A stretch of DNA of 63,938 nucleotides, counting the filler, from Reclinomonas americana ATCC 50394 (taxonomy: Eukaryota): assembly GCA_048213135.1 (NCBI GenBank). It is 6 parts of 2 records of this genome, joined end to end, with 100 filler letters (N's around TTAATTAATTAA, not from the genome) between each part and the next. Parts side by side here need not be neighbours in the genome. Positions count along the whole stretch, not along the records: positions 5,763 to 32,309 come from PS015394.1; 5 more parts are not named here. The stretch is one strand, 5' to 3'. The first letter of the stretch is position 1. Each line of letters begins with the position of its first letter. Positions 12,435 through 24,778 of the stretch are shown piece by piece. The translations under genes were made by a program, and so were the position numbers. The notes under the pieces are model-generated. The model did no database searches and was not told the origin of the DNA. It saw only the letters and a list, made by a program, of their open reading frames with translations.

Positions 12435-12711
12435 NNNNNNNNNNNNNNNNNNNNNNNNNNNNNNNNNNNNNNNNNNNNNNNNNNNNNNNNNNNNNNNNNN
12501 NNNNNNNNNNNNNNNNNNNNNNNNNNNNNNNNNNNNNNNNNNNNNNNNNNNNNNNNNNNNNNNNNNNNNNNNNNNNNNNNNNNNNNNNNNNNNNNNNNNN
12601 NNNNNNNNNNNNNNNNNNNNNNNNNNNNNNNNNNNNNNNNNNNNNNNNNNNNNNNNNNNNNNNNNNNNNNNNNNNNNNNNNNNNNNNNNNNNNNNNNNNN
12701 NNNNNNNNNNN

Positions 12712-14497
12712 TGCTGTCGCCTTCTCGCCCGATGGCGAGTTCTTTGCCAGTGCCTCCGACGACCAAACGATGCGCGTGTGGTCGCGCGTCTCTGCCACCC
12801 AGTTGCAAGTTTTCGAGGGCCACACCGACGTCGTCACCTACGTTGCGTTTTCCGCCGACGGTCTGCTGCTGGCGACGGCGTCGATCGACTCCACCGTCCG
12901 TATCTGGTCACGTGAAACCGGCGGCTGCACCCGACTGTACAACTACGAGAACGATTCAGACAGATTTGTTCCGTTCGGGGTCACATTTTCTCCGTGTACA
13001 CGGCAGGTGGCATTCGGTGCACGCGATCATTGTGTGCGTGTGCTGCAAGTCGACGACATGTCCACGGATGAGCCAGTTATCAAATTCGAGGCGCCGACGT
13101 CGGCCGGCGATGCCATGTGCGTCGCGTATGAGCCAAACGGCGGCCGTTTGCTGGCCACTGGGTACGACGACTGCAAGATTCGGCTGTGGTCGCTGGACGA
13201 GTCGGCTACGGAACCTGTTCGCATGTTTGAAGGGCATACAGCGTACATTCGCGGCCTGGACTTTTCGCGAAACGGCACATTGCTCGTGTCGGGAAGCACG
13301 GATTCAACTGTCAGGTTGTGGAATGTGGCGACTGGCGAACAGCTGCACGTGTTTGAGGGACACACAGACGCCGTCACATCGGTCCGTCTCTCCTACGACA
13401 GCACCGTCATCATGTCGTCGTCGACCGATTCCACCGCGCGCATGTGGTCACGCGTCAAGGGCACCCTCCTGGAAGAGCTGCGCGGTCACAACCAACGTCT
13501 GTGGAGTGCGGACTTGTCTCCTGGCGGTAACAGTGTGGTGACAGCGTCGGCCGACAACTCACTCCGTGTGTGGTATCGCTCACCGATTCCGTATTCGAAT
13601 CGCGTCACTGGTCACCTGGATTGCATCACGTGTATCGCAGTTCCTGACGACATGTCGTTTTCAGTCAGTGGTGCAGCCGACGGCGCCGTTTTGGTGCATG
13701 ACTGTGCGTCTGCTCTCTTGAAAGCTGTTGCCACGGACCACAGGCAATCTGTGAACGGCGTTGCTGTGGTGCCCGACGGGCAGTGGTTCGTGAGTTGTTC
13801 TGATGACATGACGGTCCGGCGGTGGTTGCAGGACGGCACAGCGCGGGAGGTGCTGCGTGGACATGAAGCACCGGTGCTCTGCGTGGCTGTATCTCGCGAC
13901 GGCACCATGATTGCCAGTGGTTCGTGGGACAACACTGTTCATGTGTGGATGGTTGAGGTTGGTGAGGAGGAGGAGCCGCTCAAGTTCGTTCTCGACAGCC
14001 ATGATGCCGCTGTGTACGCTGTGGCATTCTCCTTTACCGGCGACTTGCTGGTGACCGGCTCTGCCGACCGCAGCGTTGGCGTGTGGGATACACAGTCCGG
14101 GCGACTGCTGCAGCGGTTCTGTGGTCACACGCAACGGGTTACAAGTGTGGCCATGACCGTAGATGCCGACCATGTGATCAGTGGCGCCCTTGACGATACG
14201 GTGCGTGTGTGGTGCTGCAGTTCACGCAGTCAGGTGCAGCAGTTCTCGGCTGCGCCGTCGGGCGGTGTGCACGCGCTGGCCCTGTGTGACGACGACAACA
14301 CCGTTGTAAGTGGCAGTGGTGACGGCGTTGTCCGGCTGTGGTCGCGCACCACCGGTGTACTCACGCAAGAGTTCACTGGCCACACACAGCCGGTGACCGC
14401 GGTCGCCACTCGATCCGGTCGCTTGATCTCGGTCTCTCGCGACAAGACCATGCGCTCGTCGATTCTGGTCTGCGGTCAGGAGACCAAGCAGATATCC
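12712..14497 (+). CDS. NACHT-pentapeptide-WD40 gene, segment 3 (WD40 repeats; contig inverted)
   Basis: Uninterrupted ORF of ~13 WD40 repeats (GH...W units). Confidence 0.85.
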
Positions 14498-14694
14498 NNN
14501 NNNNNNNNNNNNNNNNNNNNNNNNNNNNNNNNNNNNNNNNNNNNNNNNNNNNNNNNNNNNNNNNNNNNNNNNNNNNNNNNNNNNNNNNNNNNNNNNNNNN
14601 NNNNNNNNNNNNNNNNNNNNNNNNNNNNNNNNNNNNNNNNNNNNNNNNNNNNNNNNNNNNNNNNNNNNNNNNNNNNNNNNNNNNNNNNNNNNNN

Positions 14695-15503
14695 GGAGAC
14701 TGGGTTCGCGCTGTGGCGTACGCGCCTGACGGCTCCTTCTTTGCCAGTGCTTCCGATGACTCCACTGTGCGCCTGTGGAAGCGCGGAACGGCGGAGGCAT
14801 TCATGACTATTCAAGTTGGCGATGGCTACTGCTATTGTGTGAATATCTCTGCGGACAGCTCCATGGTTGTGGTCGGCAGTGGCGAGGGTACGGCGCGAGT
14901 GTATGCGGTTGCCGACGGCAGTCTGCTGCACTCACTGACGGGTTACAAGGACACTGTTCTCGGTGTGGCCTTCGCGCCCAGCATGTCGCACATTGCCTGT
15001 GTGACCAACGAGGGAAAAATTCGGCTGTGGGCGCTGCCGGCGAAGAAATCGACTACACGCGGCAACGTTATCGTCCTCAGCACACCGCGCCAGCTGAGAT
15101 GTGTTGCGTTTTCACACGACGGCAAGTATTTCGTTACTGGTGGCGAAGATGAGATTATTCGATTGTGGGAGACGGACAAGGTGCTCAACAAGAAGACGGA
15201 GCCGGAGTTTGAGTACACCGACCACAAGGGCAGCATCTATGCGCTCTCTTTCTCCCCCGACGGCACCATGATTGCCAGCGGAGGAGACGGCCAGGTGATT
15301 ATGCTGTGGTCGTGCACGGCATCGAAGCGTGAGTTTGTGAGAAACCTCGGTTCTCACGAAGGCACTGTGACGTCCGTGGCGTTTACTGCCGACGGTGGCT
15401 ATCTTGTTAGTGGCTCCGGAGACAATACTGTCCGCGTGTGGCCGTACGAGAAAAAGAGCGAGACTTCTGCTCTGCTCAACAACGGTCATCGCCGCGAGGT
15501 GAA
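14695..15503 (+). CDS. NACHT-pentapeptide-WD40 gene, segment 2 (WD40 repeats; contig inverted)
   Basis: Uninterrupted ORF of ~6 WD40 repeats. It begins GDWVRAVAYAPDG, continuing the GGH that ends at 16374. Confidence 0.85.
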
Positions 15504-16373
15504 NNNNNNNNNNNNNNNNNNNNNNNNNNNNNNNNNNNNNNNNNNNNNNNNNNNNNNNNNNNNNNNNNNNNNNNNNNNNNNNNNNNNNNNNNNNNNNNNN
15601 NNNNNNNNNNNNNNNNNNNNNNNNNNNNNNNNNNNNNNNNNNNNNNNNNNNNNNNNNNNNNNNNNNNNNNNNNNNNNNNNNNNNNNNNNNNNNNNNNNNN
15701 NNNNNNNNNNNNNNNNNNNNNNNNNNNNNNNNNNNNNNNNNNNNNNNNNNNNNNNNNNNNNNNNNNNNNNNNNNNNNNNNNNNNNNNNNNNNNNNNNNNN
15801 NNNNNNNNNNNNNNNNNNNNNNNNNNNNNNNNNNNNNNNNNNNNNNNNNNNNNNNNNNNNNNNNNNNNNNNNNNNNNNNNNNNNNNNNNNNNNNNNNNNN
15901 NNNNNNNNNNNNNNNNNNNNNNNNNNNNNNNNNNNNNNNNNNNNNNNNNNNNNNNNNNNNNNNNNNNNNNNNNNNNNNNNNNNNNNNNNNNNNNNNNNNN
16001 NNNNNNNNNNNNNNNNNNNNNNNNNNNNNNNNNNNNNNNNNNNNNNNNNNNNNNNNNNNNNNNNNNNNNNNNNNNNNNNNNNNNNNNNNNNNNNNNNNNN
16101 NNNNNNNNNNNNNNNNNNNNNNNNNNNNNNNNNNNNNNNNNNNNNNNNNNNNNNNNNNNNNNNNNNNNNNNNNNNNNNNNNNNNNNNNNNNNNNNNNNNN
16201 NNNNNNNNNNNNNNNNNNNNNNNNNNNNNNNNNNNNNNNNNNNNNNNNNNNNNNNNNNNNNNNNNNNNNNNNNNNNNNNNNNNNNNNNNNNNNNNNNNNN
16301 NNNNNNNNNNNNNNNNNNNNNNNNNNNNNNNNNNNNNNNNNNNNNNNNNNNNNNNNNNNNNNNNNNNNNNNNN

Positions 16374-19300
16374 ATGACCGCCGTAACAGCACTCCTCGCG
16401 GCCCGAATCGCGCCACCACAGCCTCACCGTACGGTCGTTACTGCCACTGACAATCAGCTTTCCATCGGGTGACAAGTCGACGCCGGCTACGGTGCCTTCA
16501 TGGCCCGTCAATGGAAACAGTGGCAAGCGTGCATCCAGGAGATCGGCACCGGTGAAGTCCGCATTGGCGCACATGGCGGCACGGAGATTCGTCCTCGATA
16601 AGTCCGCTCGGTGCAACAAAGTTCTGTGCATGACTGCGTAGCGCAGATCGGCACCGCTCACAGCAATGTCGCTCAGGTCCAAGGCCGAAAAGCTGCGTCC
16701 AGCAGCCGACAGCACTGCGAACAAAAACACGTTTGAGTGAGAAACAGTGGGCGCACGCTGGTGAAAGAATGACATGGCAGCGCCACACCGGTCATTGCAT
16801 TGGCACTGGCCGTGCCAAGGAGCGCTCGGCGTGTGGGATCGCGGGTGGCCAACACCACACTCTGCAAGTCACGCGCAAACTGCGATTCATGACCCGTCCT
16901 GGTGTCCCACACCCAGTTGGAGAGGAACATCAGCACGGCAATCTGCGAACGAGTTAAATCGCCTGTCAGAGCAATCGGCAGAGCAAGACTGAGAGCACAC
17001 ACCTCTTCGTCAATCAGCCGTGTTCCAAACATGGTGGTGCTGAGCTGGCGGTCAAAGATCTCCGCCTCGGACTGCAAAGAGAGAACCGTGCGCAGTGTCA
17101 GCGATAGAGCGGCGGCTGTGAAGGGTGGCGCGTGCGCACCGTTGAGACAGTCTGTTCCCTCGAGGCAAATGACACGTTGCTGAAATAGAGATGCCCGCCG
17201 ACGTTATGGCTCCAGTCGGCCACCTCTCGCTGGCAGCGCAAGGCCGCAAAGTATTCCAAGAACGACTTGTGGAAGAAGCGATAGCCACCCTCACGCAGGG
17301 ACCGCAGCAGCGCCTGCACCGCGGGTGAACACCATGAAAAATCGAAACTCTCGCAACGTGGGCGAAATACACGCACCGACTGCCGCAGCACGGTTTCGCG
17401 CTCATCACGCGGTCGACCAAAGTAGGTAATCCACACGGCGTGTGCGCCGAGCATCGCACGACACTGCGTTTTGGTCGCTGGGTCGGTGCTCGACGCCAGA
17501 ATGTTGGCCAGCTCGGTGAGACGGTGTTGTGGCTGTTGGGTGTTGAGGTGTCAGCTCCCCTGCAGCTGAGCAAGAGATCAACGTCGCACTCACCAATCGC
17601 TGAATATCCTGTGCAGGGATCAAGAGCAAATCGTGCGCCATGGACGCACAAAATTCCTCCATCTCCAACAAGACATCCTCGTCGGAGGCAAAAGCCTGCG
17701 TGTGGTGGACGGTGGTGAGCTCTTTGTGTACACGACGCGTCACCGGCATCAAACAAACGCACACTGGCGATTTTCTCGGCGTGATGCTTCTGCTCCCACT
17801 CAAACCACCACTCTGTGAATGCCTGGTACACATCCGCACGAGAGACGGTGCCGCAGATGACTCCCGACTGGCGCTTGTGGAGTTTCGGAAGCACGCGCAC
17901 AATCATACTGAGAGTAATGGGCTGCGACATTGCCAGTCAGTCGTTACAGACTCTCTCTCTCTTTCTCTCTCTCACACACACACGATGCGTACTCACCGTG
18001 CGAGAGAGTTCGTCCAGACCCGGAATCGACTTGATGACGTCCTTGTAATTGATTTTTGCGGCAGAAGTGTCTGCGGCTTGCTGCATTCGCGAAAATCTGC
18101 CACATTGCACGTCGTGAGCGGTGTGTACGAGACAGACCAGTCGATATCACGGCAAACGAAACTGATCGAGGAATGTGTCGACTTGGTCCGCCGTGAACTC
18201 GCGCAGTACGCACTGATCATAGGTGCTGTCGGAGGCGGTAGACTGCTCGTCGTTGGCGAACATGTCGGCGCGGGACAGCTCGCCGACTGACACGCTGAAG
18301 AGTTCTTCGCAGCGACTGCCGAGCTCGTGAATGTACTCGAGGCGGCACGATATCACCAGCGCCAGGTTCGGCCATTGCTCCAGCTGGTGTCGCCTGAACA
18401 GGTTGAGTGGCGTCTTCAGTTCGTCAAATCCGTCCATGATGAGCACGAATCGCCAGCCCCGTTCGTCGACCAGCTTGGCCTGGTATGCGCATGCACATGT
18501 GAGGTCCACGACACAAACGGAAGAGACTATCAACGTGCCTCGTCAATGGAAATGCCACCGGCGCGACGCAGCAAGTACGGCATCAGCGCTCCCTCCTTCT
18601 CCAACACGTTCGATGGGATGGCCGGCAGTCGTGAGAATAGCGGCACCATAAAGTCGTGTTTCAGCCAAATCTGCTCCTCCATGTTGCGCACAAATGTGCT
18701 CTTGCCAGAACCCGAGCGACCAATGACCAGCAGCACCTACCTCACGCGCAGAGAAAGTGAGCGCACTGCAACGTGTTCCACTGTGACATGAACACGGTTA
18801 ACCTGACGGCGCGGATAAGCGGTGAGGAACTGAAGGAGGCGATCTTCGGCCGCCACTGCCGCGCCGAGACCCTCTTGCGACTCGTACTCCTTGATGCTGT
18901 TGTTCGATCGCAACGGGATCTGTATATACCGGCCACTTGGTGAGAGGTGCACAGAAGAAAAGAGAGGGAGAGAACCACTACCACTCAACCGTGTTTTGCG
19001 AAATCAGTCGCGTCAACTCATCGTCCGAGTCGCGCTCCTGCTGGATCTTCTCCAGCGCACACTTTTTGACAAACGCCAGCTTATTCTGCAACGCCACCGG
19101 CAGTCGCTGCACGCGGAAGCCGGCACCCACCGGGTCATTGGCGATAGCCAAGAACGTGCCACCGCCTCCCGCCGTCTGCGGCCGCACACCAGGCGTCGCC
19201 ACCGAAAAGTCCATCATGGCCACACCCGGAGAAGGCGTGACAGCAAAGCTCTCTTCATCACCGACGCCCTCCACTTGCGGCGTACGGTTGCCTGCACCGC

Positions 19301-19622
19301 CGTCCAAGCTCATGAGATCATCCACAAAGGCCGTGCGTGGTCGTCGCAGCAGCTGCACATTGTCGTTGTTGGCGTGCATCTCGTGGCCAGTGGGTGTTGC
19401 GGTTGTCACGAGAATGGCGGCGGTCGCTGCCGCCAAGTGACGGTGCGCGCCGCTCTTTGCGGTACCAGTGTTGGTGGTGGTGGTGGTGGTGGTGGTGGAG
19501 AAGGTGGCAGCAGCAGCAGCAGCTGCTGATGCGGGGGGTGTGGTCACAGGATGCACAGAGGCGCTGCGAGAGGAGCCCGAGCCGCCTCCGCGCACACGCA
19601 CTCGCATGCGCACACCAGACAT
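16374..19622 (-). CDS. NACHT (STAND NTPase)-pentapeptide-WD40 gene, segment 1; about 10 short introns
   Basis: Walker A VLLVIGRSGSGKST, Walker B FVLIMDGFDE, sensor LVISCRLEY, IPGLDELSRT|PITLSMI, winged-helix YRFFHKSFLEYFAA, ASANAMT followed by pentapeptide repeats (ADLRY, ADLSR, ADFTG, ADLLD), then the first WD40. The start codon is inferred. Confidence 0.88.
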
Positions 19623-19775
19623 GATGGGGAGACACAAAAAAGACACAAAGAGAGAAAAGATGTGTGTGTGCGCGTCGGTGATGCAGGAAAAGTGCGCGGG
19701 TAAAATTTGATGACATGTGCGTTATATTGCTGCGCTAGCCGTTGAGCAAAACAATGACCTTTATTTAATCCCTCT

Positions 19776-22700
19776 TCACCTTGCTCTCCGCGCTGGTGAC
19801 GACCCGGAGCTGCTACTTGACGAGGAGGAAGAGGAGGAGGAGGAGCTGTCGTCGCAGTGGTGGTCGCCGGGGGCGGCGGTGAGGGAGATGAGCAGGTTTT
19901 GGTTTTCGACTTGCAAGACAGTGGATGTGGTGCGCGGAATAATCTGTGTCGGAGTTGAGTGATGATGCATGGTGCGTGCGTGCGTGCGTGCGTGTGCCCA
20001 AGTAGACGCACCTCGTGCACCCAGTACGAAATGGAGCGCGGAGACCAGCAGGTGAGTGGCTTCCTTCGGTCCTCCGGCGACGACTCGTCGAGCTCCGTGA
20101 AGACCTCGGCAATGGCCCCGTCGGGACCGCGAACAAAATGCCGGAACAGCTCCTTCTCGCCCGTCTGCAGCCGCATGGTGAAGATGAGGATGTGGAATGC
20201 CGTGTGCAGAACCGGTGGCGTCGGAGTGCCGCCGTCGGCCTTGACTTGCGGCAGCGACATGCTGTAGCGCTCGTTGTTCGGCTGGAACAAGCGGTCCAAA
20301 TGCATGTACAGGCCGTTGAGAGTGCTGGCCAGGTCCTTGTAGTTGACTGGCGCCGCACAGCAGCCGCAGCTGCTGCTGCTTTGCTCTTCCGTGAGCACCT
20401 GGCCGATTGGCAACCCATCAAGTCGCACAAACTGGTACTGCTTCAGCATGGCGACAAGCTGCTGTACACGCTCCGCCTTGCCGCTGACGTCCCAGAACAG
20501 AGAGTCGGCCAGCAACTGGCCGTCGCGGACCTCGAATACACCCTCAAACAGTTCCTCTGCGCACCGCCACCAGACATGAGGAAGATGGCACAGAAGACGT
20601 GAGAGCGGGGCAGACACCGACAACGCACCATCATTGTCCATGCGCATCAGTGATTCGTCAACGTCGGCGTACTGCACACGCAACAAGAGAGTGGATGGCT
20701 TGAGTAAAGAGACTAAAAAAAAAAGAGAGAGTCGCAGCAAGGTCCACACCTTCTCCACCATCATGCCACGCTGTCGCAGCTCGCCGAGACTGAGCCACAC
20801 GGCCGGTTTGTACATCATCATGTCGTCGGCATACTCGAAGAGTTCCATGTCGCCCACGTTGCCAAAGCCGGCAGCGAGAACGCCGGCAGCGCCACCGGCA
20901 TCGCCGCCATTGGCCGACGACTGCAGGGCACCGAGTCGCGCACGCTGCAAGTACTGCTCAAAGCGCGACACTCCCGCCGGCAAATCATCCATCACAGGCT
21001 CCTCCACCCGCACACCAGTGAGCTTGTTGCCAGGCGTCTGGCGACGTGACGGCGAGCTCAGACGTGACACGGCACCGGCGGCATGATCTGCCACCATGTC
21101 TGTCACCGTAACAGGACCAGCCGGACCAATGTCCATTTCGTCTGTGTGCGCGCGTGTGTAATGTGAGCAGAGTGCGCACTCGAGGCCACGACGCCCAACC
21201 TCACGCAACTCGCTCGCATCATGCCAATGGCACCACCGCGACCACTCTTCGCGCCATGCTTGACGCTGCTGAGAGCCGCCTCGTCATCATCGTCATCGTC
21301 GTCGCCGTCGTCGTCAAAGAGCTTGCTGCGCGCGGCCTTGCCACCAGCGACCGCATTTACAGTCCGAGTGACCGCAAAGCGACTCTTGGCACGCGGATTG
21401 TTCACCACGCTCTTGCGCTGGCGCCAATCGACGTCACCCGGGCTGCTTGTGCGCGAGGCGGGACTCGAGTTCTTGTCGGCCGAGCCGCCCATGCCGTCGA
21501 TCACCGACGGATGCACCGTCGAAACGGCCGGCAGCCGCGCAGCATGCTCGTCCTCGGCAGTTGCCTGCTCAACCACATCACCCACAGTCGGTGCCTGCTG
21601 TGCACATACAGGTCAGCACTGCAAACGCATCTCCAACACGAGTACACAAACACACAAACACAGCTGGGTTGCGAACCGTCTGCTGTGGCATCGAGCCGCG
21701 GCGATGTCCATCTCGTGGCACCAGGAACTGGAACGGATCAAACGGCACGCGCAGTTCACGGTTGCGCAGGCGCTTCTCACTGACATGCTCAAAGTACATC
21801 AGGAGCACTTGACGGACATCCTCCTGCGTCAGCATGGAGTGGAACTGTGGCGGCGAGGTGCACGGTTAATAAAAATGAAGCACTCCACACGACCCACTCC
21901 ACTCCTGGCTGGCGTCTCACCTCGGCATGCACAAAGGTCTTGATCGACCGACCATGCGCCTTCACATCGTCGTTGAGCTCCAACGACTGCAGCGGCAAGT
22001 CTCGTGTGTAGCCGTATGGCCAACTCGAGCTGAGCAGCGTGAACAGGCGGTCCAAGAACGGCGCAATGTCGGGCTCGGCGTAGCGCCACACAGTCACCTG
22101 CACGCGTAGCAAGCAAGTCACTTTCTTCAGTGACTACCAGCACACTACTGGAATAGAGCAAGCAAGCACACTCCACCTTGCGCATGGCGGCATCCTCGCC
22201 ACGCCAGGTCTCCGCCTTGGCAATGAGGCCCTCCAGCTCCGACTGCGACACCTCCAGGTCGTCGGGCATGTAGAACAGGCCCTCCTCGCCGTGTAGCCGA
22301 GTGTACACATCCATGACACGGCCATTCATGTGGAAAGTGAGTGCATACTGGGGGAGAGGAATCAGTGAATGGTTGGTTGTGGAGTAGAACAAGAATAATG
22401 CGCATTGACCAACCTGATATAATACAAGGAAACTCGCAAACATGACCACGGCGTCAAGGAAGACGGCTAGCAGCACGCCAATGATGCCGTTGCCCTCGTT
22501 GGTCTGATAGTAGTTGTACAGGCGGAAGAAGTCTCCGGAGTAGTTGCCCGTGACGGCATCGATGGCGACTTGGAACAGAGGATCCAACAGACAGGCTGCG
22601 CCACGAGCGTGAGTGAGCAACGCCCAGACCATGGTGATGGAGGGGCAACCGAGCGGTTACGCAACACACGCCGAGAGCAAACAGGCAGCGCGACAAAAAG

Positions 22701-23790
22701 GTAGAGAAATGCTCTAAAAAATACTGCGCGATCCACGAGATGATGACGGCGGTGATGAACACGCCGAGGAAGAATAGAGTGCCAACTATAGTCGACAGCG
22801 CCTCAAACGCCGGCGTGTACTGCTCTCCTCGATACTCCAGCACAACGTTGAAGCCGCCCCATATCTGGACACGAGTCAGATGAGAGGATTGATGCGTGGG
22901 GGCAGACACGCAAGTACATACCAAGTTGCGGAACGACACATTGACTGAGGTGAGGTAGAGCCACGTGCCGAAACCGTGCGGCAAGTAGCGCACCCAGCAG
23001 AAGAAGACGAAAATGAAGAGGGTGATCCAGAACTCCAGGCGCTGCGGATACGACAGGCCCAGGTCGCGCAGCAGAGACCGCTGTGGAAGGCCAAGAGAGC
23101 AAAGTCAGTGCGCGGCCGCTGACAGAAACAAGAGACGCGAAGGGAATACGCGCCTTGATGTAGTGGACTTTTTCGACGGCAATCTGCGCCTTGTTCCAGC
23201 TGCGCTTTGGCGGCGCCACCGATGTGCGATAGTTGTCGGGGCAGAATCCGGAACTGAAGGCCACCGAGGCCGCAGAGGGCGGTGTATCGTGCGAAGTGTC
23301 CCCCGCTGTGTTCGATGATAAAGAAGAAATGGCGTGATGAATAACAAATGGTATCGCATCGTCAAGGAAGAGGAAGCGCCCATCGTCGACGCAACTTGCA
23401 TGCGGATTGACAGCCGCGTGCTTGCCAGCTTCACCAGCTCCCTCCTTGCCGGCGTCCATGCTCTGCTGTCCCACCAGTTGTCGTCGCACCAGTGGCTGCA
23501 TGTCATCCTTGATCCATCGATCGCGGAAGTCGCTGTAGAGGAGGGAAGAGGGATTCAAAACCATGAAACATTACGTGTGCGCAACAGGCACACAGGCGAC
23601 AAATCGACAACGCACACACTGGCACCGACGCGGTTGACCGGCGAGCGGAAACTCTTGGTGGCGGACAGCGGCTGCGACTGGCGCACCTTGGGGGTTGCAG
23701 GGCGTTCGACAACCGAGGTCAGGCAGCGCGACGTGTCTGGTGGCGACAGAGCCTGTGCAAACATGACAGTGAACACAAAAGCCACATAAA

Positions 23791-23842
<52 letters not shown>

Positions 23843-23917
23843 TGCATCCGCACCTCAGTGTCCAACTGCACACTGCGACGCGCCTCCGACGCACGCAAGC
23901 GGAACGACTGCATCAGA
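19776..23917 (-). CDS. OFCC1/ojoplano-like multi-pass membrane protein; 5' end lost in gap
   Basis: Several hydrophobic helices, then GDFFRLYNYYQTNEGNGIIGVLL...FHMNGRVMDVYTRLHGEEGLFYMPDDLEVSQSEL...KAETWRG and later ELFRHFVRGPDGAIAEVF. I recognise these from memory as OFCC1-family C-terminal motifs. Confidence 0.68.
23796..23840. repeat. (GT/CA)n intronic microsatellite
   Basis: Pure dinucleotide run. Similar runs occur at 24738-24775, 30120-30190 and 34151-34183. Confidence 0.95.
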
Positions 23918-24737
23918 NNNNNNNNNNNNNNNNNNNNNNNNNNNNNNNNNNNNNNNNNNNNNNNNNNNNNNNNNNNNNNNNNNNNNNNNNNNNNNNNNNN
24001 NNNNNNNNNNNNNNNNNNNNNNNNNNNNNNNNNNNNNNNNNNNNNNNNNNNNNNNNNNNNNNNNNNNNNNNNNNNNNNNNNNNNNNNNNNNNNNNNNNNN
24101 NNNNNNNNNNNNNNNNNNNNNNNNNNNNNNNNNNNNNNNNNNNNNNNNNNNNNNNNNNNNNNNNNNNNNNNNNNNNNNNNNNNNNNNNNNNNNNNNNNNN
24201 NNNNNNNNNNNNNNNNNNNNNNNNNNNNNNNNNNNNNNNNNNNNNNNNNNNNNNNNNNNNNNNNNNNNNNNNNNNNNNNNNNNNNNNNNNNNNNNNNNNN
24301 NNNNNNNNNNNNNNNNNNNNNNNNNNNNNNNNNNNNNNNNNNNNNNNNNNNNNNNNNNNNNNNNNNNNNNNNNNNNNNNNNNNNNNNNNNNNNNNNNNNN
24401 NNNNNNNNNNNNNNNNNNNNNNNNNNNNNNNNNNNNNNNNNNNNNNNNNNNNNNNNNNNNNNNNNNNNNNNNNNNNNNNNNNNNNNNNNNNNNNNNNNNN
24501 NNNNNNNNNNNNNNNNNNNNNNNNNNNNNNNNNNNNNNNNNNNNNNNNNNNNNNNNNNNNNNNNNNNNNNNNNNNNNNNNNNNNNNNNNNNNNNNNNNNN
24601 NNNNNNNNNNNNNNNNNNNNNNNNNNNNNNNNNNNNNNNNNNNNNNNNNNNNNNNNNNNNNNNNNNNNNNNNNNNNNNNNNNNNNNNNNNNNNNNNNNNN
24701 NNNNNNNNNNNNNNNNNNNNNNNNNNNNNNNNNNNNN

Positions 24738-24775
<38 letters not shown>

Positions 24776-24778
<3 letters not shown>

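Noticed and set aside
10966..16374. Shufflon or ciliate-type gene scrambling as the primary explanation
   Set aside because: There are no pointers, inverted repeats or recombinase. Zero-gap joins also occur at non-inverted gaps and in unrelated genes, so assembly artefact is more parsimonious.
18147..18149. In-frame TGA in the NACHT domain suggesting readthrough or pseudogene
   Set aside because: It lies in a 66-nt GT-AG intron with a CTCAC branch site. Splicing gives DTFLDQFSRMQQ in frame.
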